The notes below the pieces were generated by a model. The model was not told where the DNA came from and ran no database searches. It saw nothing but the letters and a program-made list of their open reading frames with translations. A stretch of 64,000 nucleotides of DNA from an uncultured Acidobacteriota bacterium (lineage in GTDB: Bacteria > Actinomycetota > Acidimicrobiia > Spongiisociales > ZC4RG35), in the NCBI GenBank assembly GCA_963746905.1, contig CAVVCY010000003.1, forward strand, positions 629,014 to 693,013. Reading direction: 5' to 3'. The translations under genes and the position numbers were made by a program. This document shows, one piece after another, positions 1 to 8,651 of this stretch (the stretch's first letter is position 1; each line of letters starts with the position of its first letter).

Positions 1-621
1 CTGCACGAGCACGATCCCGTCGGGCATGACCACCACCGGAAGCAGAGTCTGGTCACCCCCGATGTCGGCGAGGAGGGTCTCGGCTTCATTGTCCGTGCCG
101 AGGTCGAGCGAGCGATATGGGACCTGGTTGCGGGCGAGAAAGGCCCTGACGTCGTGGGTCGCCCGTCCCCACCGGTTCCCGATCACGCTGATGCCCTCGA
201 AACGCGGGGTGAAGTGATCCCACCAGTCCTCTATAAGGTCGTCGAGGATCGGATAGAGCTTTTCCTCAGGGGGATCCCAGGGCTTCATGATGTAGTGGTC
301 GAGGGATACCTCGTTGATGGCCGCGATCGCCGCCTCGGTGTCCGCATACGCCGTGAGCAGTGCTTTCTTGGCGTCGGGGAGCCGTTCCAGGGTCTGGGCC
401 AGGAATTGGACACCCGACATGTCGGGCATCCGCTGGTCGACCAGCAGTAAGGCGACCGGTTCGTTGCGGAGGCCCAGTTCCTTGAGTGTCTCCAGGGCTT
501 CGGCGCCGGAGCTGGCGGCTACAACCCGGAATTCCTCGCTGTAGTGCTTGCGCAGGTCGCGTTGGACTGCCCGCAGCACCTCAGGGTCATCATCGACGGT
601 CAAGATGACAGGCTTCGGCAT
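1..621 (-). CDS. Response-regulator receiver domain fused to a thioredoxin-fold / thioredoxin-reductase-type protein (N-terminal ~207 aa only; 3' end lies beyond the window)
   Basis: Absent from the ORF track because it runs off the left edge. My minus-strand translation from ATG 621-619 gives MPKPVILTVDDDPEVLRAVQRDLRKHY...VALLLVDQRMPDMSGVQFL...KPWDPPEEKL (REC). It continues VIGNRWGRATHDVRAFLARNQVPYRSLDL...LPVVVMPDG (thioredoxin-like fold). Confidence 0.75.
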   Translation of the reverse strand, partial: MPKPVILTVDDDPEVLRAVQRDLRKHYSEEFRVVAASSGAEALETLKELGLRNEPVALLLVDQRMPDMSGVQFLAQTLERLPDAKKALLTAYADTEAAIAAINEVSLDHYIMKPWDPPEEKLYPILDDLIEDWWDHFTPRFEGISVIGNRWGRATHDVRAFLARNQVPYRSLDLGTDNEAETLLADIGGDQTLLPVVVMPDGIVLVQ

Positions 622-622
622 G

Positions 623-895
623 TCAGACGAATCGACCGTCCGGGAAGCACCAACGCCATTCCTCGCCGACCTCGAACGAGCGCACGATCGCATGCTCGGA
701 GGCAGCGGCGTGCTTGCGGGCATGGGTGTTCTTCGACTGGTCGCAGCAGCCGACATTCCCGCAGGTGAGACAGAGGCGCAGGTGGACCCAGGTATCCCCG
801 ATCGCGAGGCACTCCCCACAGCCGGCGCTGGCCGGCTCTACCTCCTGAATCATGCCGAGGTGCTCACAAGGTGGTTGTTCGCGAGTCCATCCCAT
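623..895 (-). CDS. UBP-type zinc-finger domain protein
   Basis: 90-aa ORF with the Cys/His pattern CEHL..CGECL..HLRLCLTCGNVGCCDQSKNTHARKH. Its TGA stop lies 1 nt from the ATG of the downstream REC-fusion gene. Confidence 0.65.
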   Translation of the reverse strand: MGWTREQPPCEHLGMIQEVEPASAGCGECLAIGDTWVHLRLCLTCGNVGCCDQSKNTHARKHAAASEHAIVRSFEVGEEWRWCFPDGRFV

Positions 896-981
896 GTTCG
901 TTCTTCCCTGCCTGTCCGAAACCTGGTGCGAAATCTAGGCCTTTGTCGGGTCGTCTGCGAACGGCCCTAACCTTGATCGCG

Positions 982-1959
982 ATGGCAGGCTTCCTGGGTT
1001 TCGGGGGATATGTCCCCGAACGTGTAATGACCAATGACGATTGGGCTGCCCTGGTCGACACCACCGACGAGTGGATCACCCAAAGGACCGGCATCAAGCG
1101 CCGCCGGGTTGCCGCTGAGGATGAGACCACCCTCACGCTGGCCGCAAATGCTGCGGAGGTCGCGATCAAGGATGCCGGGCTCGTGGCCGCCGACATCGGC
1201 GAGATCATCATCGCTACTGACACGCCCGAGCTCTACACACCGGACACGGCCGCCCTTCTCCAGCATCGCCTCGGCTGTGACCACATTCCGGTTTACGACC
1301 TTGGTGGAAGCGGCTGCGCTGGGTTTGTTCAGGCGCTGGACATCGCCCGGGCTCGTATCGCCTTTTCCCCTCGCAACGTCCTCGTTGTCGGTGTCGAGCT
1401 CATCACCCGGCTCATCGATTGGACCGATCGGGCCACTTCGGTCCTCTTTGGCGACGCCGCCGGGGCAGTGGTTCTCGGTACTGAAGGAGGACAGGCCAGG
1501 CTGCTCGAGGTCGTATCAGGCACCGATGGCTCCCAGGCCGAGATCCTGACCCTTTCCACCGGTGGCACCAGGAACCCGTTCAACGAGGCGAGCCTGGCGG
1601 CCGGGGACTACAACCGGCTGGTGATGGACGGCCCGAAGGTCTTCACGGAAGCGGTGAAACGGATGAGTGCCTCCGTCGAGGATCTCCTGGCAAGGATCGG
1701 GAAGACCACCGACGAGGTAGACCTGATGATCCCGCATCAAGCCAACCTGAGGATCATCGATGCCATCGGGCGCAGACTTGGCCTCAGCGAAGAACAGGTC
1801 TACGTCAACATCCAGGAGTACGGGAACACCGGCTCGGCGACAGTTCCTTTCGCATTGTGGGAGGCGGTCGACACCGGTCGGATCAAGGACGGGGACCTGG
1901 TGGTGTTGACCGCATTCGGCGCCGGGTTGCACTGGGCGTCGGCTGCGTTGCAGTTCTGA
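982..1959 (+). CDS. fabH: 3-oxoacyl-ACP synthase III (KAS III)
   Basis: ORF 871..1959 trimmed to ATG 982 (MAGFLGFGGYVPERVMTNDDWA..DEWITQRTGI). Shows GGSGCAGF around the active-site Cys, HQANLRII and GNTGSATVP motifs. Confidence 0.85.
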   Translation: MAGFLGFGGYVPERVMTNDDWAALVDTTDEWITQRTGIKRRRVAAEDETTLTLAANAAEVAIKDAGLVAADIGEIIIATDTPELYTPDTAALLQHRLGCDHIPVYDLGGSGCAGFVQALDIARARIAFSPRNVLVVGVELITRLIDWTDRATSVLFGDAAGAVVLGTEGGQARLLEVVSGTDGSQAEILTLSTGGTRNPFNEASLAAGDYNRLVMDGPKVFTEAVKRMSASVEDLLARIGKTTDEVDLMIPHQANLRIIDAIGRRLGLSEEQVYVNIQEYGNTGSATVPFALWEAVDTGRIKDGDLVVLTAFGAGLHWASAALQF

Positions 1960-1965
1960 CATTTC

Positions 1966-2063
1966 TTGCCCCCCTCGACGCACTCGCTGCGCTCGCTGGC
2001 GTCGGTCCCCCCGCTACGCAGGGGGACAAACGGCAGGTGTTGTCCCCCCTTTGAAGGGGGGAC
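1966..2063 (+). repeat. Composite C6/G6 palindromic element (copy 1) plus an adjacent perfect GTCCCCCC-TTTGAA-GGGGGGAC hairpin; likely also a terminator between convergent genes
   Basis: 1968-2028 reads GCCCCCCTCG / ACGC..GCGT hairpin / CGGTCCCCCCGCTACGCAGGGGGACA. 2042-2063 is an 8-bp perfect stem. The same architecture recurs at 38437-38487 (reverse strand) and 60519-60574. Confidence 0.7.
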
Positions 2064-2102
2064 CGGCCGAACGAAGTGAGGACGATGGGGGTTGGCGGTC
2101 GT

Positions 2103-2750
2103 TCAGTGATCGTCAGGCCGCAGGTAGCCCTCTTCATAGGCCAGCGCGGTCAATTCGTGCCGGCTGGCCACGCTCAGCTTGTCGAAGATGTGGGCCATGT
2201 GATTCTCCAGTGTCTTGACTCTGATCCCCATTCGTGACGCCGTCTCCCGGTAGGTGTAGCCCCTAGCGATCAGGTTGACCACCTCGCGCTCTCGCGGCGT
2301 GAGTCTCGAGATCGACGACTCGGCGACGATGTCCTCGTCGATGTCGAGCAGGTAACCGGCAACATCAGGCGACACCGGTCGGGCCCCCGCATAGGTCTGA
2401 TGGATGAGATCGGGAAGGTCGGTTCCCAATGTGGTCTTGGTGATGTAGCCGTCGACGCCGGCCTCCATCAGACGGGCCACGTCCTCGCGCGACGTCGAGA
2501 CCGTGAGCGCCATGAACCGAACATCGGGTTGCTGGGGTCGAATGGCGTCGATCACCGAGGCGCCACCGCCTCCCGGCAGCTTGACGTCGAGCACTACCAA
2601 CTGCGGGTCGCGCTCCCTGGTCAACTCGATGGCGCTGTCCACGTTGTCGGCCTCGCCGACGATCTCGAAGGAATGATCGAGGATCGCCCGCATCCCGGCG
2701 CGAACTACATCGTGATCGTCGACGAGAAGGATCCGAAGCCTGTCCGTCAT
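2103..2750 (-). CDS. Two-component response regulator, NarL/LuxR family
   Basis: 215 aa. REC domain (ILLVDDHDVVRAGM..LVVLDVKLPGG) plus LuxR HTH (LTPREREVVNLIARGYTYRETASRMGIRVKTLENHMAHIFDKL). Confidence 0.9.
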   Translation of the reverse strand: MTDRLRILLVDDHDVVRAGMRAILDHSFEIVGEADNVDSAIELTRERDPQLVVLDVKLPGGGGASVIDAIRPQQPDVRFMALTVSTSREDVARLMEAGVDGYITKTTLGTDLPDLIHQTYAGARPVSPDVAGYLLDIDEDIVAESSISRLTPREREVVNLIARGYTYRETASRMGIRVKTLENHMAHIFDKLSVASRHELTALAYEEGYLRPDDH

Positions 2751-2752
2751 CC

Positions 2753-3871
2753 CTACACCTCTACGGTGATCTTGATCTCGGTGCCCGACTCCCGCCCGGA
2801 GTCGATGTCCACCACGCCGCCGACTGCTTCGACTCGCTTGGCGAGACGTTCGTGGACCCGCATCCGCGCCCCCTCATCGGTGAACCCGGTGCCCCGGTCC
2901 CGCACGTGGATATGGGCATCGCCGTTGCTGAAATCGGCATATAGGGCAATGTTGGGCGAGCCGGAGTGTTTGGCGGCATTGGCCAAGGCCTCGCGGGCCG
3001 CCTCCACCGCGGCGCTGAGGCTGGCGTTGAGTTGGGCGTCGTCACGGATCACGGCTTCGATCTCGACCCGATGGGTGTCCTCGATCTCGTCCCGCACCGC
3101 TAACAACGAGGCTCGGAAGCTGTTGGGAAAGTCGGACCGCCATTCTTCGATGTTCCTGCGGAGCTCGCGCTCCTGGCGTCTGGCGAGATAGCGAGACTGG
3201 GCAGGGTCGTCGGCCCCCATTCGTATGGCGTGGAGGGTCTGCAGGACTGAGTCATGCAGGCGATCGGCCAGTGCGGCTCTCTGCTCGTGAAGCAACACCA
3301 CAGCCTGTTCCTCGGCCAGGCGCTCCTGGGCTTCCTGCCGAGCAATGTCGTAGGCGCGCAATTTGTCGAAGGTCCAACCGACGATGGCTCCGACAACGAA
3401 GAAGATGACACTCCCCGCCGCTCTGACGGCTCCGAGGTCGGCGATGATGTGAACCAGGAACTGCTCGACGCCCAAGAGCAGCGCGGCGATGAGGGATCCC
3501 GGCAGACCTCCAACCAGTGCTCCGGTGAAAACCAGAGAGAGGGGCAGCCCGCCATGGAACAATTCCTCGGCACCGGACGCCACTGAGGCCGCCCCGATGG
3601 CGAGCATGGCCAGCGAGTCCAAAGCGAACCATCCCACTGAGCTCATGGCCTTGGGGTGGGCGCGGGACATGTACCAGGTGAGCACGGTCCAGACCACCGC
3701 AAGTCCCATGGATGCGTAGACGATCCATAGCTTTGGAGGGGGCTCCACGGCCAGGGTGATCACCACCAGGATGGCCATCCACACCAATCCGAGGAATCGG
3801 AAGATGACCACCATCCGGCGCAGAGTGGCCTCGAGCTCAGGGCTGCCGCGACGGCTGAATCTCGAGGTCAT
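2753..3871 (-). CDS. Membrane sensor histidine kinase (HisKA_3 / NarX-DesK type)
   Basis: ORF 2753..4003; likely start is ATG 3871 (MTSRFSRRG..). Several TM helices, then H-box ADRLHDSVLQTLHAI and ATPase boxes ALANAAKHSG / VRDRGTGF. Stop lies 2 nt before the RR start. Confidence 0.85.
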   Translation of the reverse strand: MTSRFSRRGSPELEATLRRMVVIFRFLGLVWMAILVVITLAVEPPPKLWIVYASMGLAVVWTVLTWYMSRAHPKAMSSVGWFALDSLAMLAIGAASVASGAEELFHGGLPLSLVFTGALVGGLPGSLIAALLLGVEQFLVHIIADLGAVRAAGSVIFFVVGAIVGWTFDKLRAYDIARQEAQERLAEEQAVVLLHEQRAALADRLHDSVLQTLHAIRMGADDPAQSRYLARRQERELRRNIEEWRSDFPNSFRASLLAVRDEIEDTHRVEIEAVIRDDAQLNASLSAAVEAAREALANAAKHSGSPNIALYADFSNGDAHIHVRDRGTGFTDEGARMRVHERLAKRVEAVGGVVDIDSGRESGTEIKITVEV

Positions 3872-3949
3872 GGTGGCCGAAGCTACCCCTTCGGCGCTCG
3901 GGGGATCCAGTGTGATTGCGTTGATGACCATGGGAGAACTGGAGATTGT

Positions 3950-3983
3950 CCATGGGGGGATTGCCGGAGCGCTCCCCCCATGG
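3950..3983. repeat. Perfect 11-bp inverted repeat CCATGGGGGGA-N12-TCCCCCCATGG upstream of the kinase operon
   Basis: Read directly: arms at 3950-3960 and 3973-3983 are exact reverse complements. Lies in the non-coding stretch between HK start 3871 and the upstream gene. Confidence 0.6.
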
Positions 3984-4113
3984 GGTCCCCATTGTCGCTT
4001 CAAGGGACGTGGTTTCCCTGAAGTCCCCGAATGAGATCATCGCTGGGGTGGTTCGTATCGCATATGGGGGATCTCCCCTATGAGTGCGGGGAGGATCGCC
4101 CGTGAACGCAAGA

Positions 4114-4140
4114 CACGGCCACCGTTAGCCGGTGGCCGTG
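4114..4140 (-). terminator. Putative intrinsic terminator hairpin after the small membrane-protein gene
   Basis: CACGGCCACC-GTTAGCC-GGTGGCCGTG, a perfect 10-bp stem about 40 nt downstream of the stop at 4180. Confidence 0.5.
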
Positions 4141-4179
4141 TGGGTCTGCGTTGGGTCGTTGAGACCCTTCGCGGAGGGC

Positions 4180-4452
4180 TTAGAGAACTTGGGTGACGAT
4201 GGGGATCGCCATCAGCGTCACGCCCAGCGTGGTCAGTCTGACGGCAGTCGGCACCATCGCCGCACGAATCGACGTCGCGGCGAGCGCGACGCCGACCAAG
4301 ATGAGAATCCAGGCGTTCTGGGCCCCGAGAGTTGCCAGAAGCATGACCAAGGTGGCCACGATCACGCCGGCTACGGCTATCAGTGCCCTTGTCACCTTGC
4401 CGATCGGATGGGCAGTCCAATCAGTGAAGAACTCGGCTGTTGATGCGGTCAT
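4180..4452 (-). CDS. Small hypothetical membrane protein (about 3 TM helices)
   Basis: 90-aa ORF with hydrophobic segments (ALIAVAGVIVATLVMLLATL, AWILILVGVALAAT, LGVTLMAIPIV). No recognisable family. Confidence 0.4.
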   Translation of the reverse strand: MTASTAEFFTDWTAHPIGKVTRALIAVAGVIVATLVMLLATLGAQNAWILILVGVALAATSIRAAMVPTAVRLTTLGVTLMAIPIVTQVL

Positions 4453-4509
4453 GGCCCTATTTCGGCAAATCGGGCTCTCTTCTTTAGAGAACCGACTGGG
4501 TCGAACGCC

Positions 4510-5628
4510 TCAACCGCGATCGGAGATCCAAATCCCGAGGGACACCGGGTGCAAGGTCTTCTCGACGACGTCGGCGAGACCGAACGTCAGCTGCTCGAAA
4601 TCGGTTTGGTCCCGGAGTTGGACCGTGAAGCGGTCCAACACCTGCTGACTCTGATAGCGACCCCGATTGAACCTTCGGTCGACCCCATCCTGGATCCGTC
4701 CCCGAAGCGGGTTGAAAAGTGCGAACACCGCAAGAGTGGAGGCGGCGACCGCCAGCGTGGATTCCGTCGTCAGCAGGGTGGTGAGCAGCGTGAGGCTGCC
4801 ATAGAAGGTCCCGAGCAATACGGCCACCACCAGCGCGTAGGAAACGGTGCGGGAGATGAATCGGTCGACCTCGTACAGCCTGTACCTGAGGACCGCGATG
4901 GCGACCGCTGCCAGGGCAAGAGTGATCACCAGGGCACCGATCGCACCCACGATGCCGGTGGAGGCCACGCTCCGAGAGATCGCCACTTCGATCGGGAACC
5001 AGATGATCTGGAGTAGGGCTGCATAGGCGAGCCACTTCATTTGTTGGCGGGCGATGCCCTTGGAGCGTCGGAAGCGCACGATGATTGCCACGCACGCGGT
5101 TAGAACAGTGACAACGAGGGCTACCCCGAAAGCACCGGCTGTGATCTCGCCCAAAGGATGCAGAGTGACCCTCAGTGGGTTCTCGGTGATCGCGGTCGTC
5201 TCCTCGCCGCCCCAGCCGCCGTTGGTCAAGGGGGAGATGACGGCGAGGAAGCCGGTCAACCAGAGAAGAGGGCGAACCCAGCGCCACCGCGGTGAGGGAA
5301 GCATCCCGTCCGGGAAGTAAATGAAGGCCGCAAGCAGGAACGGTATCCAAAGGCTCGCTGCCGCGTTCGAAGCAGCCTCGACCAGCCCAGCCTTGGCTAC
5401 CTCACCGTTCTCCAGATACAACACGACGGGGATGAAGAGAAGCCAGCCAGCGGCAAAGACGAGACCGGAGGCGAGGATGAAACGGCCTACCACGTTGCCG
5501 GGACGGTTGGCGAGAATGACCACCCCCGTCGAGATCATCGCCCCCTGCAGGATGGCCCACCCGACGTCCGCCACCGTGAACACCTGCGTCTCCAGACGCA
5601 CGGTGAAGTAGACCGAGACCACGACCAC
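4510..5628 (-). CDS. Sensor-like polytopic membrane protein with C-terminal DRRFNRxRY juxtamembrane module and no kinase domain (paralog 1); true start probably upstream of 5628
   Basis: 372-aa ORF with multiple TM helices. C-terminus reads RFISRTVSYALVV..LFNPLRGRIQDGVDRRFNRGRYQSQQVLDRF. It aligns with ORFs 8652/9202 over the PSPRWRW, MKW and DRRFNR regions. The frame stays open to 5763 and encodes TM1. Confidence 0.6.
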   Translation of the reverse strand: MVVVSVYFTVRLETQVFTVADVGWAILQGAMISTGVVILANRPGNVVGRFILASGLVFAAGWLLFIPVVLYLENGEVAKAGLVEAASNAAASLWIPFLLAAFIYFPDGMLPSPRWRWVRPLLWLTGFLAVISPLTNGGWGGEETTAITENPLRVTLHPLGEITAGAFGVALVVTVLTACVAIIVRFRRSKGIARQQMKWLAYAALLQIIWFPIEVAISRSVASTGIVGAIGALVITLALAAVAIAVLRYRLYEVDRFISRTVSYALVVAVLLGTFYGSLTLLTTLLTTESTLAVAASTLAVFALFNPLRGRIQDGVDRRFNRGRYQSQQVLDRFTVQLRDQTDFEQLTFGLADVVEKTLHPVSLGIWISDRG

Positions 5629-5763
5629 CAGCGCCCACGCGGGGATCAGCAGCCAGAGCGCTTGATTGCGTGAGCGGTCGTTTCTCGTTTCGTTTGCCTG
5701 CCTGTTGTCGAGGTCGACGTTGTACCGATATTGCGGGTGATTGGTTACGAGGACGTTACGCAG

Positions 5764-8537
5764 TCACCACTGGCGGAGTAACCAGACCTCGGGTTCCTGA
5801 GCACCGGCGTTCACGTCGGCGAAGAGCGCGACCGCCTGCATCAACTGATGGTCCGCCTCGTCCTCCCGCCCTGCTCTGTGGTGGATATCGGCGAGGTGGT
5901 TGTGCAGGGCCGCCTCCCGATGCCGGTTGCCGGTCCTGGCAGCGATCTGGATCGCCTCTTCGATCAGGTCGACCGCCGGGCCTGTCCGCCCCGGCAGCGG
6001 TGTGAAGCAGCGCCTGGTTGTTGAGTGCGGCCATGCGGAGGAGGTCGTCGTCCCCGGCCAGCCTCAGCGCCTCTTCCAGGTGGCTCATCGCTGTGTCAGG
6101 GTCCGACGAGATGACGCCGAGGATGTTCTCGGCACGTGACAGTTGGCGAGGGTCGTCGGTGGCGGTGGCGGCGGCCACCGCCTGCTCGGCATGGTCGAGC
6201 GCACCGGATGGATCCCCGGTCCGTTGCAGCAGGAGTGCCCAGTCGGCGTGCAATTCGGCAGGCTGCGGGTGCAGAGGCAGGGCCCGGTCATAGTGCTCGG
6301 TCGCCAGGGAGAACCTACCGACCAGACGCTGCACCTCACCCAGGCGGTGCTCGGCAAGCCCAAGCTGGGGCCCGTCGGCGAGAGCAGCTGCTCCGTTGAG
6401 CTTCTGAAGGGCGAGGTCGTAGTCACCGACCGACATGGCGATCTCTCCGAGAGCCAGGTGAATCGCTGCCGGGTCGCTGTATCCGAGACCAAGCGCCTTT
6501 TCGTAGAGACTTCGTGCCTCTGAGAAGGCGTAGACGGCCCGGGAGAGGTCCGCGGCCCGGCGATACCACTCCGGGCTTTCGTCTGACCCGGCACCCTCGA
6601 GTTGAAAGGCCACAGCAGCGGCCAACCTGTGGGTCGGTCGCCGCGTGCGGGCGTTCCGCCAGCGCCGACGCAGCCCGACGATGGAGAAGACGACGTCGGA
6701 TCAGGGAGGTCGAGTCGTAGGTGAGCCGCTGCAAAGCGTCGAGGTTGAAGGCAAGGTCATCGCTTTCGGGAAGCTCGCGGAGCAGTCCGGCGCTTACCAA
6801 CTCCTCGACCCCATTGACCACTTCGTCTCTCGGTGCGACCACTGGTCTCACGGAGGAGAGCGGCGTCACAGACACCGTTGAGGACAGCCGCCGCGGTGGC
6901 GACCTGGCGGCCCAGGTCGCTGATATCCCTCAGGCGTGACTCCATGTAGCGCACCATCCCCACGCCCTCGGGGCTGCGGTCGGCTCGGTCCGACAGCTCC
7001 TCAGTGACCAGCAGCGGGACACCGCCGGTGCGCTGGTGGAGCACCTTGGCGGCTTCGACCGTGCCGGTGATCCCGGCCAACTGGTCGATGGTCAGGGGTT
7101 GGAGGTCGATTCGCACTTCCGTTCCCGAGATCAGGTCTCCGGTCAAATCCGTCAGCGGCTCGCCGGACCGGAGTGCAAGGACGAGAAGAATCGGCGCAGC
7201 ATCCAGCCGGCTGGCGACATAGGAAATGAGGCTGGCGGACGCCGGGTCCAGCCACTGAACATCGTCGACCATGACCACGATCGGCTGGCTGTCGGCCAGT
7301 TGGCTGAGGACGATGAAGACACCGTCGAACAATCGAAGCTCTCCAAACGGGATCGGCGCTCTCTGGCGATGCTGGAGCCTGCTGAAACTCGGGAACCAGG
7401 CGCGCCACCTCGCCGAGAGCCCAGGTCGGAAGCTGGTCCAAGTGCCTCTCGATCAAGGGTGCCGCCGAGCGGAGCAGTTGAGCTGCGACCCCGAAAGGGA
7501 GATCCTGCTCGGTGCGGAAGGCGCGTCCGGAGAGCGCCGATCGCCCGGAAGCTCGCGCCGCCGCCCCGAGTTCCTCGAGAAGACGGGTCTTTCCCATCCA
7601 CGCCGACCCGCTGATGACAATCCCCTTCCCCGAGATAGTCAGGTTGTCCATGGCCTGAAGGAGGCCTGGCGGTCTCTTCCTCCCGGTCGATCATTGCCTC
7701 GGGCGGCGACACGGTGGGTGCCTGAGCCTTGACCTTGCGTCGGACTCCCGGCGCCGGCGGGAGGTCCTCGTCGAGGATCGCCTCGTAGAGCTCGGTGGTC
7801 TCTTCCAAGGGGGGCACACCAAGCTCCTGGTCGAGGACAGCGACACAGCGACGGTATGCCTCGACAGCGCCGGGACGATCTCCGTCCCAGGCGTGGAGCA
7901 GCATCAAGAGGCGGTAGGCGGGCTCGTGCAGGGAATCGAGCTCGATCCAGCTGTGAACCGATCGGAGGGCACCGGAGTAGTCGCCTGACGCCGCCTTCGC
8001 CATCGCCAGACGTTGAAACGCAACTCCCGCCTGGATTCGCAGAGACTCGGTGACCGTTCTGGCCCAGTCATCGAACTCTGCAGCGTCCCGCATCGAGAAC
8101 CCTTCCAGGAAGTCACCCCGGTAGAGAGCAGTTGCCTGTTCGAGATGGGAAATGCAGAGGCTGCAGACGTCGCCCCTGTCGTGGTCGTGGTGGAACGTCG
8201 CTTCGATCTCGGTGGTGAACGCCCGGATGTCACTTGGGGTGTCCTCGGCGAGAGTCACGCTGATCCGATCGGCGGTGACGACTTCGTGGCCGACCGCGCT
8301 GCGGAGGGAGGACAACGTTCGTCGCAAAGTGGCCCGTGAACGTTCGGTGTTGGATTCAGGCCAGAGGAGACTCGCCAGCCGATCGCGAGTGGCCGTGCCT
8401 TCGACAGTCAGATAGGCGAGGAGGGCAATTGCCTTCCTGGTGTCTACGTCGATAGGTGTTCCGGCCTTCTCGATCCGCGGCGGGCCGAGGAGTCGGATGT
8501 CGATGCTGGTGTCTCCGATGGTCGGACGATATCGCAG
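5764..8537 (-). pseudogene. SARP/AfsR-family regulator (wHTH + BTAD + NB-ARC-like ATPase + TPR) with reading frame broken 5 times; 5' end uncertain
   Basis: Pieces lie in 6 frames: IDIRLLGPPRIE..LLAYL (wHTH), LYRGDFLEGF..AYRLLMLLHAWDG (BTAD), GIVISGSAWMGKTRLLEEL (P-loop), VVMVDDVQWLD (Walker B), TPR repeats, and C-terminus EPEVWLLRQW*. Frame switches fall near 7665, 7385, 6853, 6624 and 5990. Confidence 0.75.
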
Positions 8538-8651
8538 CGTTACGAGAAACTCGCAACTTGAGATTACGGAACGGCTAGTTGTCGGTGAGGGCTCCTTCGG
8601 TTGTTTGGCTCGGTTGCGGTTACGTAACGAAGCAATGGCATCCTGCCGCCA

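Noticed and set aside
1966-2063. Possible 6C RNA, the actinobacterial sRNA with C-rich loops, because of the repeated C6 tracts.
   Set aside because: In 6C RNA the C-runs sit in hairpin loops. Here the C-runs pair with G-runs in stems, and the layout (box, variable hairpin, C/G hairpin) differs.
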